Assembly (NCBI GenBank): GCA_001938485.1
Contig: MQRK01238907.1
Coordinates: forward strand, 1-49,317
Reading direction: 5' to 3'
Source: Girardia tigrina
Taxonomy: Eukaryota
Length of the DNA: 49,317 nucleotides
The notes beneath the pieces were generated by a model that saw nothing but the letters and a program-made list of their open reading frames with translations, was not told the origin of the DNA and made no database searches. The position numbers and the translations under genes are program-made. Below, one piece after another: positions 35,139 through 47,356 of the stretch; positions within the stretch are counted from its first letter, which is position 1; each line of letters begins with the position of its first letter.

Positions 35139-36119
35139 AAAATTGGTGATTGGACAGTAAATGCAGGTGATAAAAATTTCGATAAACAGAAATCGAAAAT
35201 AAGACACGAGATGAGGAACTCTGGGCGTGACTTCCGTGCTCAACGTGCTGCTCTGCGATCACCTGTGTTACCACGATTTCTGATCATCTTCAGCAACTAT
35301 TTGTGTTTTGTCATTATTAAAGGTTCTCGGGACATCGTCGGAATTATTACTATGATATATTTCTGACATCTAAACTTTTATTATACCACACAAATAAAAT
35401 GTTTAAATCTAATATTTAAATAAACTTATTATTTTTTTAGAAACAATTTGTTTTATAAATCTTAAACCGATATAAAAATACTTATAAATATTCATATTTG
35501 ATTTTTTCATTACTTATTTATAAATCAATTTTAAATTACGATAAAATTTTAAAATATTTAATCGTTTCATTTGTTTTAATTTTTTTTAAAATCGTTCCAC
35601 ATAAAAATTATACATTTTATTTTTAATATTATATTAAAAACTGTCAAAAATTTTTTATTATTAGCAATTTAATTGATCTTCTTAATTTTAGTAATTTTAT
35701 TTTTTCAAACGTTACATATTTAATTATATAAAATTTTTAATTTGTACATATTTAATATAACCATCTTTCAAAAAATTTTCATATCATTTTTAATTCCTAA
35801 TAATCGTTATTTGTGTTGCATTAATTTTAATAATTTAAATCATTTTTTTAAAGTATATATGGTAATAAATAATATTATTAAAGTTTAATTTTATTGGTTT
35901 ATATAAACATTAATTTAATTTAATTTATTTAAAGATATTTAATATTGAGGCTGCTTTTATTTTCCCATTTTGGATATTGATCAGTGGGTTAAAGTGTACG
36001 ACATTGAATTTAAAAAAAAATGCTTTAAGAGATATCTATTCAAAAAATTTCAAATTTCATTGTGAACGCAAGTTTAATATTTTGAAAATATAATTTGATT
36101 AAAGTTTTTTTATATAATT

Positions 36120-36161
36120 ATTGGACATGTTTCGATGTTTATAGACATCCTCATCAGCAAT
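36120..36161 (-). ncRNA. Minimal type-I hammerhead ribozyme
   Basis: Minus strand: ATTG-CTGATGA-G-GATGT(CTATAA)ACATC-GAAA-CATGTC-CAAT. Intact core, 5-bp stem II, palindromic ACATGT stem III, GUC triplet, 4-bp stem I. Confidence 0.85.
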
Positions 36162-36718
36162 TTTCGGATATTTAGTATATGAATATAAAATTTTTTTAAT
36201 AATACAATTTTAAAATGTATATTAACTTTAAAAGGAATATTTAGAATTAAATATAATAATTTATTAAAGTATTATTGGGTAATAATGGCAAAAAGAATAT
36301 TTTAATTAAAAATTTTAAGTATTGAAATAACTTTACTTTGCCCATTCTGAATGTTAATTGATCGGTTAACCTATTTTATTAAAAAACAAATTAAAAAAAA
36401 ATTTATCTTCGAATGATTTAAAATCAAAAAAAATCAAAATTGAATAAAATAGCATATTTATATATTTATCGATATTATTATTTATATTTAGAATTTTGAG
36501 ATCTGGATTATGTAATTAAAATATTGTTCCTCATAAATTTGTTTCAATAAGGAAAATTGTAGTAGAAATAAAGTTTACAAAATTATGAATTCCAATTTTA
36601 AATCACGAATTTTAATTATTTAATAATAATTAATTTTTTCGTTACCTTTTAGAGTAAATGTATCTATTAAAATTGTATTATTCGAACAATTCAATATTCA
36701 TTTACTAAACATCTGAAA

Positions 36719-36760
36719 ATTGCTGATGATGATGTATGTAAACATCGAAACATGTCCAAT
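36719..36760 (+). ncRNA. Minimal type-I hammerhead ribozyme
   Basis: ATTG-CTGATGA-T-GATGT(ATGTAA)ACATC-GAAA-CATGTC-CAAT; predicted cleavage after C36756. Confidence 0.85.
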
Positions 36761-36821
36761 AATTATATAAAGCTTTAATCAAATTATATTTTCGAAATAC
36801 TAGACTTGCGTTCACAAGACT

Positions 36822-36826
<5 letters not shown>

Positions 36827-36858
<32 letters not shown>
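36827..36858. repeat. (AT)n microsatellite
   Basis: Direct reading; a second tract runs from ~30988 into the gap at 31005. Confidence 0.95.
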
Positions 36859-36860
<2 letters not shown>

Positions 36861-38883
36861 TACGAAAACTGAAATTTAGAGTTTACTATCAATAATTAGC
36901 TCTATACTTTATTAAATCTTGCAAATATTTAGAGTAATTTTAAACGATTAATCTAAAAGAATTTGCAAAATAATAATGGTCATTTATGAATTCATTAATA
37001 AGATCAGTTAAAAAATTCCATTGTACGTTCTCCTCAACGATAATAAATGCGTTAATGACGATTGTTGAATTGATAATAATTGTTGCAATAAACAATGTTA
37101 CCATTTAAATGGGTACAGAGGCTAATTAGCCATGGATTCACGTATAATTGCTTCAAATACTTTGAATAGATTTTCACTTTTCTGGGAGAATTCAACAAAT
37201 TATTTATCATAACTATTATTTGTTGATTTGAAAAAGAAATCTTGGAAAAATTTACATTTATATTCGATGAACAAAATGAAAAAAAGCAAATAATCTTAAA
37301 ATTTAAATATATAATTTGATACAATTTTTGGTAATATTTCAAAATTTTTGATAAATTTATTTTAATAAAAGAAATGAATTTTAAAAAAAAATATTTTTTA
37401 TCAATATTAACTGTATTTTATTTTTTATATTTTATGTAAGAATTAACAATTATAAGCTATCTACATTATCTTTATTATAGTAAATATACTACAAGGATAT
37501 CACTATAATGGATCCAGAATGGTCAAATCAAATCTCTTGATGTTAACCTAAAAAATAAATAAAACGCGTGCGATTTTTAAATTAGTAATAAATTGTTTTG
37601 CCTTTTTTGTCAGTGTCTAGATTGTTTTTTGTAATTAATTTTATTGTAATTTCCTCTTAAAAAAATTTAAAACAGAAGTTCAAAATCAGTTATACTCAAG
37701 TTATTCTTACAAGTTGTCCGATGCTCAGCAATATTACTCTTTACATTCTCAATGTACACGAATTTTTAAAATTATTGGAAGAGCGATGTCTTGCTAATAA
37801 GATCTCATTATTCAAAGATCTCGACATAAAACGTATTGGCACATGATTGATTTGAAAATGTTTTTATTATATTTTTATTGTTTGTTTACAAATTTAAGTA
37901 TTAAGTTATGTCTACTACTAATTGTTGTGGGAAATTTTAAAACATTTTAAAATATTAAACTAAGCACGCAAAGCATTTGGACTTCTTATTTCAATACAAC
38001 CTTGTGTGAAATCATTAAATAAAAATAAAATTTTAATAAGATATTTAATAGAAAACACTGAAGTAACCATTATATTATTATTTCATTAATATATTATTAG
38101 ATTATTTGACATATTTTTAATTAAACCATTTATTAAAATATTATAATTTATTGAACGGTAGTAAAAAATAGCGGTTTAATATTATTTATAATTTATTACA
38201 TTCTTGTTTTAATAGAAATTCGTTTGACATTGTAAAAATATTTCCTGTTAAAAATTTTCTCTGATTTAAAACCGAAAAAAAATTCCAAAATTTCCGATGA
38301 GATCAAATTTCAGTTGATCAACATTTATATTTATTGATCCTCAAAATTAATTTCCCTTTTTATTAAAGCTGGAAAAACCGCTAAAATAATTGTTTAAACA
38401 TTTTTTTAAAGTGTCAATATCAAAATTAAAAATTAAATGTATAATAAATAAAATTTAATTCCATAAATTCTGATATATTGTCCTGAAAAAATAATAATAT
38501 AATATAATATTAATATTTAAAATTTCTGAAATAACTGTGACAAAATCGGAAACTAAATACGAATTAAATCTTTGATGTTATCTCTTTCTTACATTGTTTT
38601 AAGAAAGTGTTACATTTTAACAAAAATTATATGTATTGAAAATTTTATAATTAATTATTTATTTTTGTTTTGAATCAAATAATAAAATAAAAAAAAATAT
38701 ATTATTATAATTTTTTGTATATAAAAATCAATTTAGATACCTAAAATACTTTTTAGATCAAAGATTTATGTATCAATTATTTTTATGTTTGTTTTACTGC
38801 ATCAATTGTCTTTTTTGTTATTTTTGATTCCTATTGTGATAGAAAAATAAAGAATTTGAAAATGGTTATTTGTGAATTATTAA

Positions 38884-40048
38884 CCACTTCTGTGATTTGC
38901 CCTAATCCAGTTCGGGTAGGTATTTTGCTGACACAGTGATTTGCCCGAACTGGATTCGGAAAAATCATACACGAATCATACAATGCCTATAAAGATGAGG
39001 CAAAAGGATTACAAATTGTTATGCATCTGATGAAACCCATATTGCATTTAGGACATTGTCTTACCACAGACAACTTTTATACCTCACCGAGACTCGCAGA
39101 TATTTTATTAGAACATTACACGGACACATTTGGCACAATGCGATTGAATAAAAAAGAGGCTCCAAAAGAATTTAAAAATAAAAAACTAAAGAAAGGAGAA
39201 ATAATAGCATACCAGAGAAGAAAAGTCTGCATTATGAAGTGGAAAGACAAAAAAGATATTACCTTGTTATCAACCATATTTATCAACCAGAATTTATAGA
39301 TATAGAAAGAAGAACAACAACAAAAATACCCAGAGTAATCAAAGATTATAATAATTCAATGGGTGGTGTAGACAGGGTTGACCAACATCTAACAAATTAT
39401 CCGATAATAAAAAGCGTGGGAAAAAGTTTTATTATAAAATATTTTTGCATTTATTAGATCAAACGATATGGAATTCTTACGTTATTTATACGAAGTGGGG
39501 GGCATGAAAACCCACTTGCAGTTTCGATTGGATCTAATTGAAGAAATATTGGAGAAATATGCGACAACAGAAGAATATCTTGGACGTCAATCCTACATAC
39601 CACCCACATCGCGATTATTGGAAAGGCATTTTTTGGAATACATACCCCAAACGGCGAAAAGAGATAAACCTACCAGAGAGTGCAAAGTTTGTTGCTCGCG
39701 GAAGGACGCGAAGGGCAAAAAAATAAGAAGATAAACCCGAACCTACTGCGCTGATTGTAATGTAGGGTTATGTCTGGAATGTTTCAAAATATTCCATACA
39801 AAAAAAGAATACTAATTTTTTATGTAAGTTTCAGTTTTTAGGTAATGTTTGATGCAAATAAAATATGTTTGATGAAAATGAAACATTTTTTTTCCTTTGT
39901 CCTTTGATTTTTTTTCTCTACTAATATTGTTTATTTATGTTTTATACCTATTTATTATATTTCAAAATATGATAAAAAAACATAATAGTGAAAAAAAAGG
40001 GTGGCTTTTTTGACCCACTTTTTTCCAAGAGGTTGACCACAGAAGTGG
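38884..40048 (+). mobile_element. Internally deleted piggyBac transposon
   Basis: TTAA TSDs and 11-bp TIR CCACTTCTGTG. Frame-shifted transposase C-terminal half: TDNFYTS, GTMR, WKDKKDI, YNNSMGGVDRVDQ, and a Cys-rich tail RECKVC...YCADCNVGLCLECFKIFH. Confidence 0.95.
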
Positions 40049-41429
40049 TTAATTTGAATTCGAAACAATTTCTGAATATCCGTCAATACAAATTGTGGTG
40101 GATTTGATATCGATATTCACAAATATAATTAATTTTCTTTTGAAAAAATATAAAATAGTCAAGTTGATAAATTTATGACAAGCAAATAAATTAATAATAA
40201 AAAATCATTTATTTTAAAACATATTTAGAGACAATATATATTTCAATGGATCAACCGTCATAAATTATTTGATTCACTTGTAAATAAATGCAAAAATAAT
40301 GATTATGTAATCGATTGAATGAAATCATACTAAAAAACATTCTGAATAGTCGAGACTAGCGTTTGAACATTGATTTTAGGGCAATGTGACCTAATTAACA
40401 ATGCTTCACGCGACACTCTCTCCGAATAACTATAAAAATGTTTACACATCAGTTTTAAATAATAAATATATTACATTATTTGCATTTGTAAAAAGATTTA
40501 TATTCCTCATATTGTCCAAATAAAGAGAAGTAAAATAATTAATAAAACTATAATGTGATAGTCAATATTTTATTAATAAAATATTCATTTATTAAGATAA
40601 TTATTCATAATTAAAAATAAATCATCAATCAGAATAAAATATCAAAAAAGAATAAAACTGTAACAAAGTATGAATAAATAGTAATGGAAAAATTCTCAAG
40701 AGAATAAGAGATACTTAAATTTAGATTATTTTAATATTATTTTTTGTAGATTTTTAATGAATTTTCTTTCAGATTTCATTTTATAAGCTAGATATTCAAT
40801 TTCAAAATCTATTGTTCATGTCTAATTACGAAAAAATATAAAATAAAGAGAAAGAAAATGTTGAATGGCTATTAGAAACTATTAACTTGAAAAATTGCGT
40901 TAAATTCTTCATTATTTTTTTTTAATTCTGTTAGTTTTCACAACTTATGTAAAATTTAAAGAATTTCACCAAATTAACTTTAATTAAAAATAATATTAAT
41001 TAAAGTAAATTACATTATAAAATGACATTAGAAATAGAGCATAGTTATGTGAGAAACAACGCAAACATCGTTAAATATATTTAATGTTAGACCTTTTCAA
41101 GGTTCAATTTTTAAAGTAGAAAAATATTAATAAAACGAAATAAATAAATAATTTTAAATGTTAATAAGGTAGAAGGTGCAAGATCTTTAATCTTTAAAAC
41201 TAATTAATATATTGACTCTTATTATTAGTTTTCTACTGAACAAAATTGAAAAATACTGACGTAATTAGATATTATTTTTACAATATTATATTTTTCTATT
41301 ATTCATGGTCGTGTGGATGCTTCTGTGTAATTATTATTTTTATAATTATTTGTGCTTGACAAAAATATTGGGACTCAACAAAATGAAGAATATCATATAA
41401 TCCTTCTATTTAATTAATTGATTGATAAA

Positions 41430-42100
41430 CAAAACTGAAAATTATCTTGACTACCGTTGATTTTGGTAGAAATATTGAGAACAGATTTCGTTGCTGTTTT
41501 CTTCTAATTCCATTGACAAAAACGGACTTTCTAAAATACCTATTCAATCTTACACCAATTTTTCTTCACACAATACTTATCCCGACTAAGTGATTCACAC
41601 TTTCATTCAACTACTTATACATCCACCAATTTCTTTCATTCCTAATTCCAACTTCATTTATCGTGGTTAGGTATTCCAAGCCAAAAGTACGTCCCGAAAT
41701 CCCGGGATTATTGGCTTTTATATGGAAACTAGCACACATATTTTAATAAAAAATGCCTTAACTTTTTAAAGATAATCATAAGTACAGCAAAACAACACTA
41801 TCTACAAATATAACATAAATGTTCATAGTCGAACCAAAGTGTAGAATCCAGGTTTCTCTCGAATTTCTAGAGTATTATCATCTGAGGGATATAAGAATGT
41901 TATAAGTGCTTAGTTGTTGGAGATGGGAATCGAATTCAAAACTGATATTGTGTGTGAGCAACTGATGGTTAAATTAGGTCGCATTATCGGTCCACTGCAA
42001 CAGCCCCTGCAACGTACATGGTCTTTATTTTGATGAATATATTTAATGCAAAGAAGAAATAAACTTTTGCTCCTGAAAGCGTCAATGTAACAATAAAAGA
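41430..42100 (-). mobile_element. Very decayed non-LTR retrotransposon RT relic
   Basis: Ordered minus-strand traces: QG(C)CSGPIM (~41985-42015, needs a frameshift), then IFVDSVVLL (~41785-41812, resembling FADDVVLL). Confidence 0.35.
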
Positions 42101-42901
42101 ATCAGAATCTGATCTTTCTAAAGATGAAGAAGAAGAAACCTCCCTCTTTATTGTTTGCCTCCAAATATTACAACTCTGATTTCAGGAAGTAATTTTTTTC
42201 CTATTTCAAGTATTTCCAAAAGGATATATAAAAGAAATAATGAAATAGCTTGAGAGTTTATGAGCCTCCTATCTCTTTCAATGGTATTCAGCCATAAGCT
42301 ACTTAGAGGGTCCACCCCAACTAGAAAGCACTAGCAGTCCCCCGATAGGCCTCCTACGAGGTTGTCAGCTTTCCGCTTACGATGTCTCTTAGGACCCCCA
42401 GAAAAAAAACGACCAACCATGTTTGGATGTTCCATGATTTAGCATTCCTTTGGTCGTTCCCGTAGACTTTGAACAGCCAGCGAAGGGACAGTTGAAATTT
42501 CATTTTTTCAGATAAATCCGTTAAACAGAAATTTAACACTTCTAAAGAGATCATTTCCAAGAGATTCATTGAAACATTCGTATCGATGGTCCGTACCTGA
42601 GAGTTTGCAAAACTGTTAAAACGATCAACACAGTATAGTCAACATGTTAGAGATACTCTTCATTGTAAAGTCAGCTGTTCAGAAAGTATTGATAGATGCG
42701 AATACAAGCGTCCGTCCGACGGATGATGATTTTGGAATCATGAAGAAAATCGTTTATGTACTGTAATCATTTCAGGTAGTTGTTACAGCTATCTGCAAAT
42801 GTGACGCTACTATTTTAAATTGTTTTTAAATTTAAATTATTTTTACATATTCTTAGTTTTTTTAATTTTTTAAAATATATTATCATTAATGATAATATAA
42901 C

Positions 42902-43608
42902 ATGAAGGTGGAAGTAACATTGCAGGACATAATAAACATGAAGGATACAATCTGTGAGCACCTGGAAATACTTCAAGTTTCATTTGAAAAATATTTCAAT
43001 TTGGATGAAATAACTAAAAAAGATGAGTTGTGGATTGGTAATTCTTTTCTTTGTGATATTAACTGTATCGACGACATGGATCTTGCCAAAGACGAGTTAA
43101 TTGGTTTGAAAACAAAGTCCTTGTTAAAAATGGCTTTCGATTCAAAAACTCTTGGAGAGTTTTGGTCTTCTTTAAGAGAAGCCTACCCATTGCTAGTAAA
43201 ACGAGCTATGGCAGCCATTATACCATTTGCTACGGTATATCTTTGCGAATCAGGATTTTCCACACTCGTAAAAATAAAAACAAAACATCGAAATCGACTG
43301 AATGTCGAACATGATATGCGCGTTGCTTTGTCGAAAACTATCCCTCAATTCAATCTCCTAATCAAGAAAAGCAGCAACAGCATTCACATTGAAAATTTTA
43401 TTTTCTTCAATTACAATTATTATTTTATATCCAGGAACATAAAGATATCTGTCAACAGTTATATTATTGAAATAAAAATATTTAAATCATAAAATAGAAT
43501 ATATTTTGTAATAATTGACGTTTAAACAAATTTTTTACACAGAGGGGTCCGTGACATATTTAAAATTTTTAAAGGGGTCCATTGCATCAAAAAGGTAAAG
43601 AAACCCTG
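42902..43608 (+). mobile_element. hAT Buster/Charlie (ZBED5-like) 3' fragment
   Basis: ORF 42902-43492 has the hATC dimerisation domain FWSSLREAYPLL...PFATVYLCESGFSTLVKIKTKHRNRL. Right end GGGGTCC...AAAAAGGTAAAGAAACCCTG is followed by CTCTACAA. Confidence 0.92.
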
Positions 43609-44802
43609 CTCTACAACTTTGTTTTAGTTTTTAAATGATGCACTGATGACGTATTGATTACATAATCATTAACTGCACTTGGAAATTTTTTATTCAACAA
43701 CTTGCCAGTTGTATTCAAATTTATTCACAACTATAGCATATGTTGAAAGAGTAGTTCCCAGAGTTGGACCTTTTGAAAATTTTGAAAAAAGAATTCGCAT
43801 TTACTGTTGGGAATATTACTGCACCCTGATCACGATGACTTGAACCTAAAAATCGTACTTCACTAGGAGAATCGTACTCTAGGAGACTGAAAACCATCTG
43901 ATTTATTGTGCAAAATCAAATTAAAAATTAAATTAAACATGTAAATCAATATTCACATATTTTACAAATTATTTTTGTCAATGATGAAATATGAAACATT
44001 GAAACATGTTCAATAATCAATTTCTAAAAAAAGATTTAACTATATTATTTTTTTAATTATAATTATTTTTTTTTACTTAGTAAATTTTTTATTATTTTAA
44101 GTCATTGAATAATTGATCTTTTCTAGAACTTGGAAAATTAATTTTGTAACGTATTTTTGGAACACAATTTCCTCGAAACATTAAATAATTCGATACTCTT
44201 TACTATGCTACATTTTGATGAGATTTTCTTTTAATGATTAATAAAAAAAATAATTTTAATAAAAGACAGATGAACGAATAAATTATTTAATATATTCAAA
44301 GAAAATTCTATTTATAGAAAATACCATTTTAAATGTGAAAATAATTTTCAATTTGACAATTTAATCTATTTTTCTTTTTTTTCAGTTTTAGTAGACAAAT
44401 AAACTCAAAAAAACTAAACCAAACTGAGTAAACATTTTCCATTTTCTTTTTGTCATTAAATTAATTCCAGATGAAGTTTTATTTCTTAAAAGTGATAAAC
44501 ATTTCCTCTTTTATATTTCTGTTTCAAAGTGTCTGTTGTTTTAAAGTTTTATCCATTGATTTATTAATTAAAACAAAGTCAGACAGATAAATGATGTTAA
44601 AATTTGGAAATATTAGTTGAAATTATGAAATAATTAAACAAATTACTTCATGATCATTAGTAGAAATTCATTTCGAACAGTTATTATTACACACGGTTTA
44701 TACAATTTGGAAAATACATAAACTAGTTATAAGCACATTTAAATTTATATATTAATATGCAATAATGAAAAAGATATAAATAAAACTGGAAAATCGATTA
44801 TA

Positions 44803-45411
44803 CAGTGCGTTCCAAAAGTCTGTTCGCACCCATAAAAATCATCACTTATACAAATTTCCTAAGTAAAAAGGCGATGAAGTGGAAGTAAATATTATATTAA
44901 AAATAAATGTTATTTTTAATATTTTGTGTGGTATCCTTTCATCTTGATGATTGAAGACACCCTTCGCGGCATCGAATCGACAAGTCGACGACATAAAGAA
45001 CTTGGTATGTTGTACCATAACTTTTGTATTTCTATCCACATTTTCTCTGAATTCAAAGTATCCATATTATTTATTTTTCTCTTTATAATACCCCACAAAT
45101 TCTCAATTGGGTTTACATCTGGTGAGTTTCATAATGGTAACCTTCATAATTTCTTGTATCCGACCCATTGAATGACCCTCGTTCATTAATTCTACAATAA
45201 TAATCCTAAACCTTATATCTATATTTCGAGTTGTCATTGAATCTAAAAGATAGACATTTAATTAATTCATCTTAAAAAAAGATGGTCTTGATATTTCAAT
45301 CTTAAATTTACTAAAATTATTTAAATTAAAGCATTTAAACAAATTAAAAAAATTAATAAATAGCATAAATCAAAATTTCAATGGGTGCGAACAGACTTTT
45401 GGAACGCACTG
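44803..45411 (-). mobile_element. Internally deleted Tc1 element
   Basis: Perfect 31-bp TIRs CAGTGCGTTCCAAAAGTCTGTTCGCACCCAT, TA TSD. Minus-strand remnant SPDVNPIENLWGIIKRK...LVDSMPRRVSSIIKMKGYHTKY*. Confidence 0.95.
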
Positions 45412-45445
45412 TATATAGGCTGATTGAAAAGTAACTCCTTATTAT

Positions 45446-45577
45446 CAGTGCTGTAGTGGAAGGTATACGGGGGTATACGCCGTATACCCTCTGCTATTAA
45501 AATTTAGATAGCGTATACCTAGTGGTTTTACTTAAAAATAGCGTATACCCTATGCTAATTTTACGACTACAGCACTG
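45446..45577. mobile_element. hAT-type MITE (132 bp)
   Basis: 12-bp TIR CAGTGCTGTAGT, perfect 8-bp TSD CTTATTAT, repeated GTATAC(C) motifs. Confidence 0.93.
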
Positions 45578-45665
45578 CTTATTATACAATAACTGTAATT
45601 TATAATTTAAATATAATTTGTACGTTTATTAAATATCAGAAGAAAGTATATTACATGAACCTTAT

Positions 45666-45910
45666 TAAAAATTCAATATAAGCACCATCATTCGCAACCA
45701 GTTCGAAGTTGACCTGAAATTGCATGAACTGATTTTACAAGAAACTCTTGTGTGATGAAAACCGTAAGTTAACGTTCTTTCTTCAAGTTCTTCTATTTTG
45801 CTCTTTCGACCAACCCCAGAAAATAAAGTCGCATGGAGTTAAGTTAGAACTTCTGAGTAGCCATTCGTGTGTACATCGATGACCCATTTATGTTTCGGAA
45901 TTTTAAACTC
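45666..45910 (-). mobile_element. rosa/DD41D-like transposase C-terminal relic
   Basis: Minus strand gives HEWLLRSSNLTPCDFIFWGWSKE...IEELEER...VANDGAYIEF across frameshifts. Confidence 0.7.
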
Positions 45911-46149
45911 AAATTATTATTTATAATTTAGTATGTTTCTTTTTATTTCGGATGTCTTCTTTCTTCTTGCCCAAGGACGATCTTTCTCTCTCTAATTATT
46001 AATTTTAATCATTTATGAATCTTTAAAGTCTTAATTCATTTTGTAATAATTTGAATTTTTTATCGTTTTCGTTGAATAGTTTTTGCTTGATTATATACAG
46101 AAATATGAATATATTATGTAGATACTATATGATAAATGATGTTACATAT

Positions 46150-46675
46150 ATTCAACAATCAAAGTTTAATAATTTATATCCCAATATCTAAACTAACTTG
46201 AGCCTAAATATTCTTTAAAAAATATTTAATACAAATTTTATTAGTTAAAATTAAAAAAATTACTATTTATCATTTAAAAATATTCATTTGATTTAATAAT
46301 TCACTAATTTAAAAATAAAATTAATAAAATCATTTAAAATTTATAATCATAATACATTAAAAATCAATTTGAATAAATTAGTTTCAGGTAATAAGAATTA
46401 AAATACTAATCAATCATTTGAGTAGAAGAGACAATTCAAATTCTACATAACATTCAAACACAAAATATCAACATTCCAAATATTCCTAACACAGATCAAA
46501 TAACGAAATCATAAATCTACTCTAATGGAAGCGTATAAATAGATATTCTGAATCTTATTTCTGTTTTACAATACAAAGTCAAAATGTTATTTTCTTTGGC
46601 ATTTCTTATGAAAATTTGACAACAAAAACCAAGAAGAAAATCTCTGTTCTTTTAATTTTCATTTTGTGTGGGACT
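46150..46675 (-). pseudogene. Copy of dispersed Cys-rich peptide-like repeat family
   Basis: Aligns with ~28955-29455 (TCAAAGTTTAATA...TCTAAACTA; ATAAGAATTAAAATA; CACAAAA..CAACAT.CCAAATATTC); contains stops. Confidence 0.5.
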
Positions 46676-46761
46676 TTTTACACATGAGAAATAAAAATAA
46701 TATGATACATAAATTTTGTTTTTATTTATAAAAAATCTTTTTACTCTTGAATATTATCAAT

Positions 46762-47356
46762 TAACGGATAACATGAAATAGTAGGACACCTACTATTTTA
46801 ATAGTAGGTGGAAAAAAAATTGAAAAGGCGCCCAATATTGGTTTACACCTACTATTTGGTGCTTTTGTTTTGAACTTGTCTTAAACTTGAAAAATAAATA
46901 AGAATTAAACTGGAAAAATAAGAATTTATTCATCATAGATAATAAAAGCATCATCAGTTAATATATATTAACTGATATATATTAATATATATTAACATTA
47001 ATTTAACATTAATATATATTAACATCATATTAACTGATGATGCTTTTATTATCTATGATGAATAAATTCTTATTTTTCCAGTTTAATTCTTATTTATTTT
47101 TCAAGTTTAAGACAAGTTCAAAACAAAAGCACTATCACTATGATCAGTTTCTTTTTGGGATTCCGACAAATACTTTTTTACAAAACGTTCACCATACACA
47201 TCATGTTTCGAAATATGCCATTTTTATAAATTGCTTTAAAAACGATACACCTACTATTTGATTCCACCTACTATTTTAATAGTAGGTGGAAAATTTTTTG
47301 AAAACTTCATTACACCTACTATTTCATGTCCGCCTACTATTTGATGTTATCCGTTA
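46762..47356. mobile_element. MITE with CACCTACTAT subterminal repeats and an internal fold-back
   Basis: 24-bp TIR TAACGGATAACATGAAATAGTAGG / CCTACTATTTGATGTTATCCGTTA (one mismatch); repeated palindrome CACCTACTATTTTAATAGTAGGTG. TSD unresolved. Confidence 0.85.
46859..47132. repeat. 106-bp inverted repeat with 62-nt spacer
   Basis: 46859-46964 is the reverse complement of 47027-47132, with no mismatch seen. Confidence 0.93.

Larger units (their letters stand above)
36060..36826. mobile_element. Penelope-like element remnant: two inverted pseudo-LTRs
   Basis: 36060-36240 (minus) is homologous to 36640-36817 (plus). Each arm carries a hammerhead; the plus copy is followed by (AT)n. Confidence 0.75.

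Noticed and set aside
35200-35260. [18 protein letters not shown] as a histone H3-like segment (H2B-H3 doublet)
   Set aside because: The similarity is only a few residues and lies downstream of the histone stem-loop, so it is best explained as read-through of 3' flanking DNA.
46378-46540. NUMT reading of the Cys-rich family (TGA aligned with TGG)
   Set aside because: TAG/TAA stops also occur, no mitochondrial protein motif is recognisable, and TGG>TGA is a common decay mutation.
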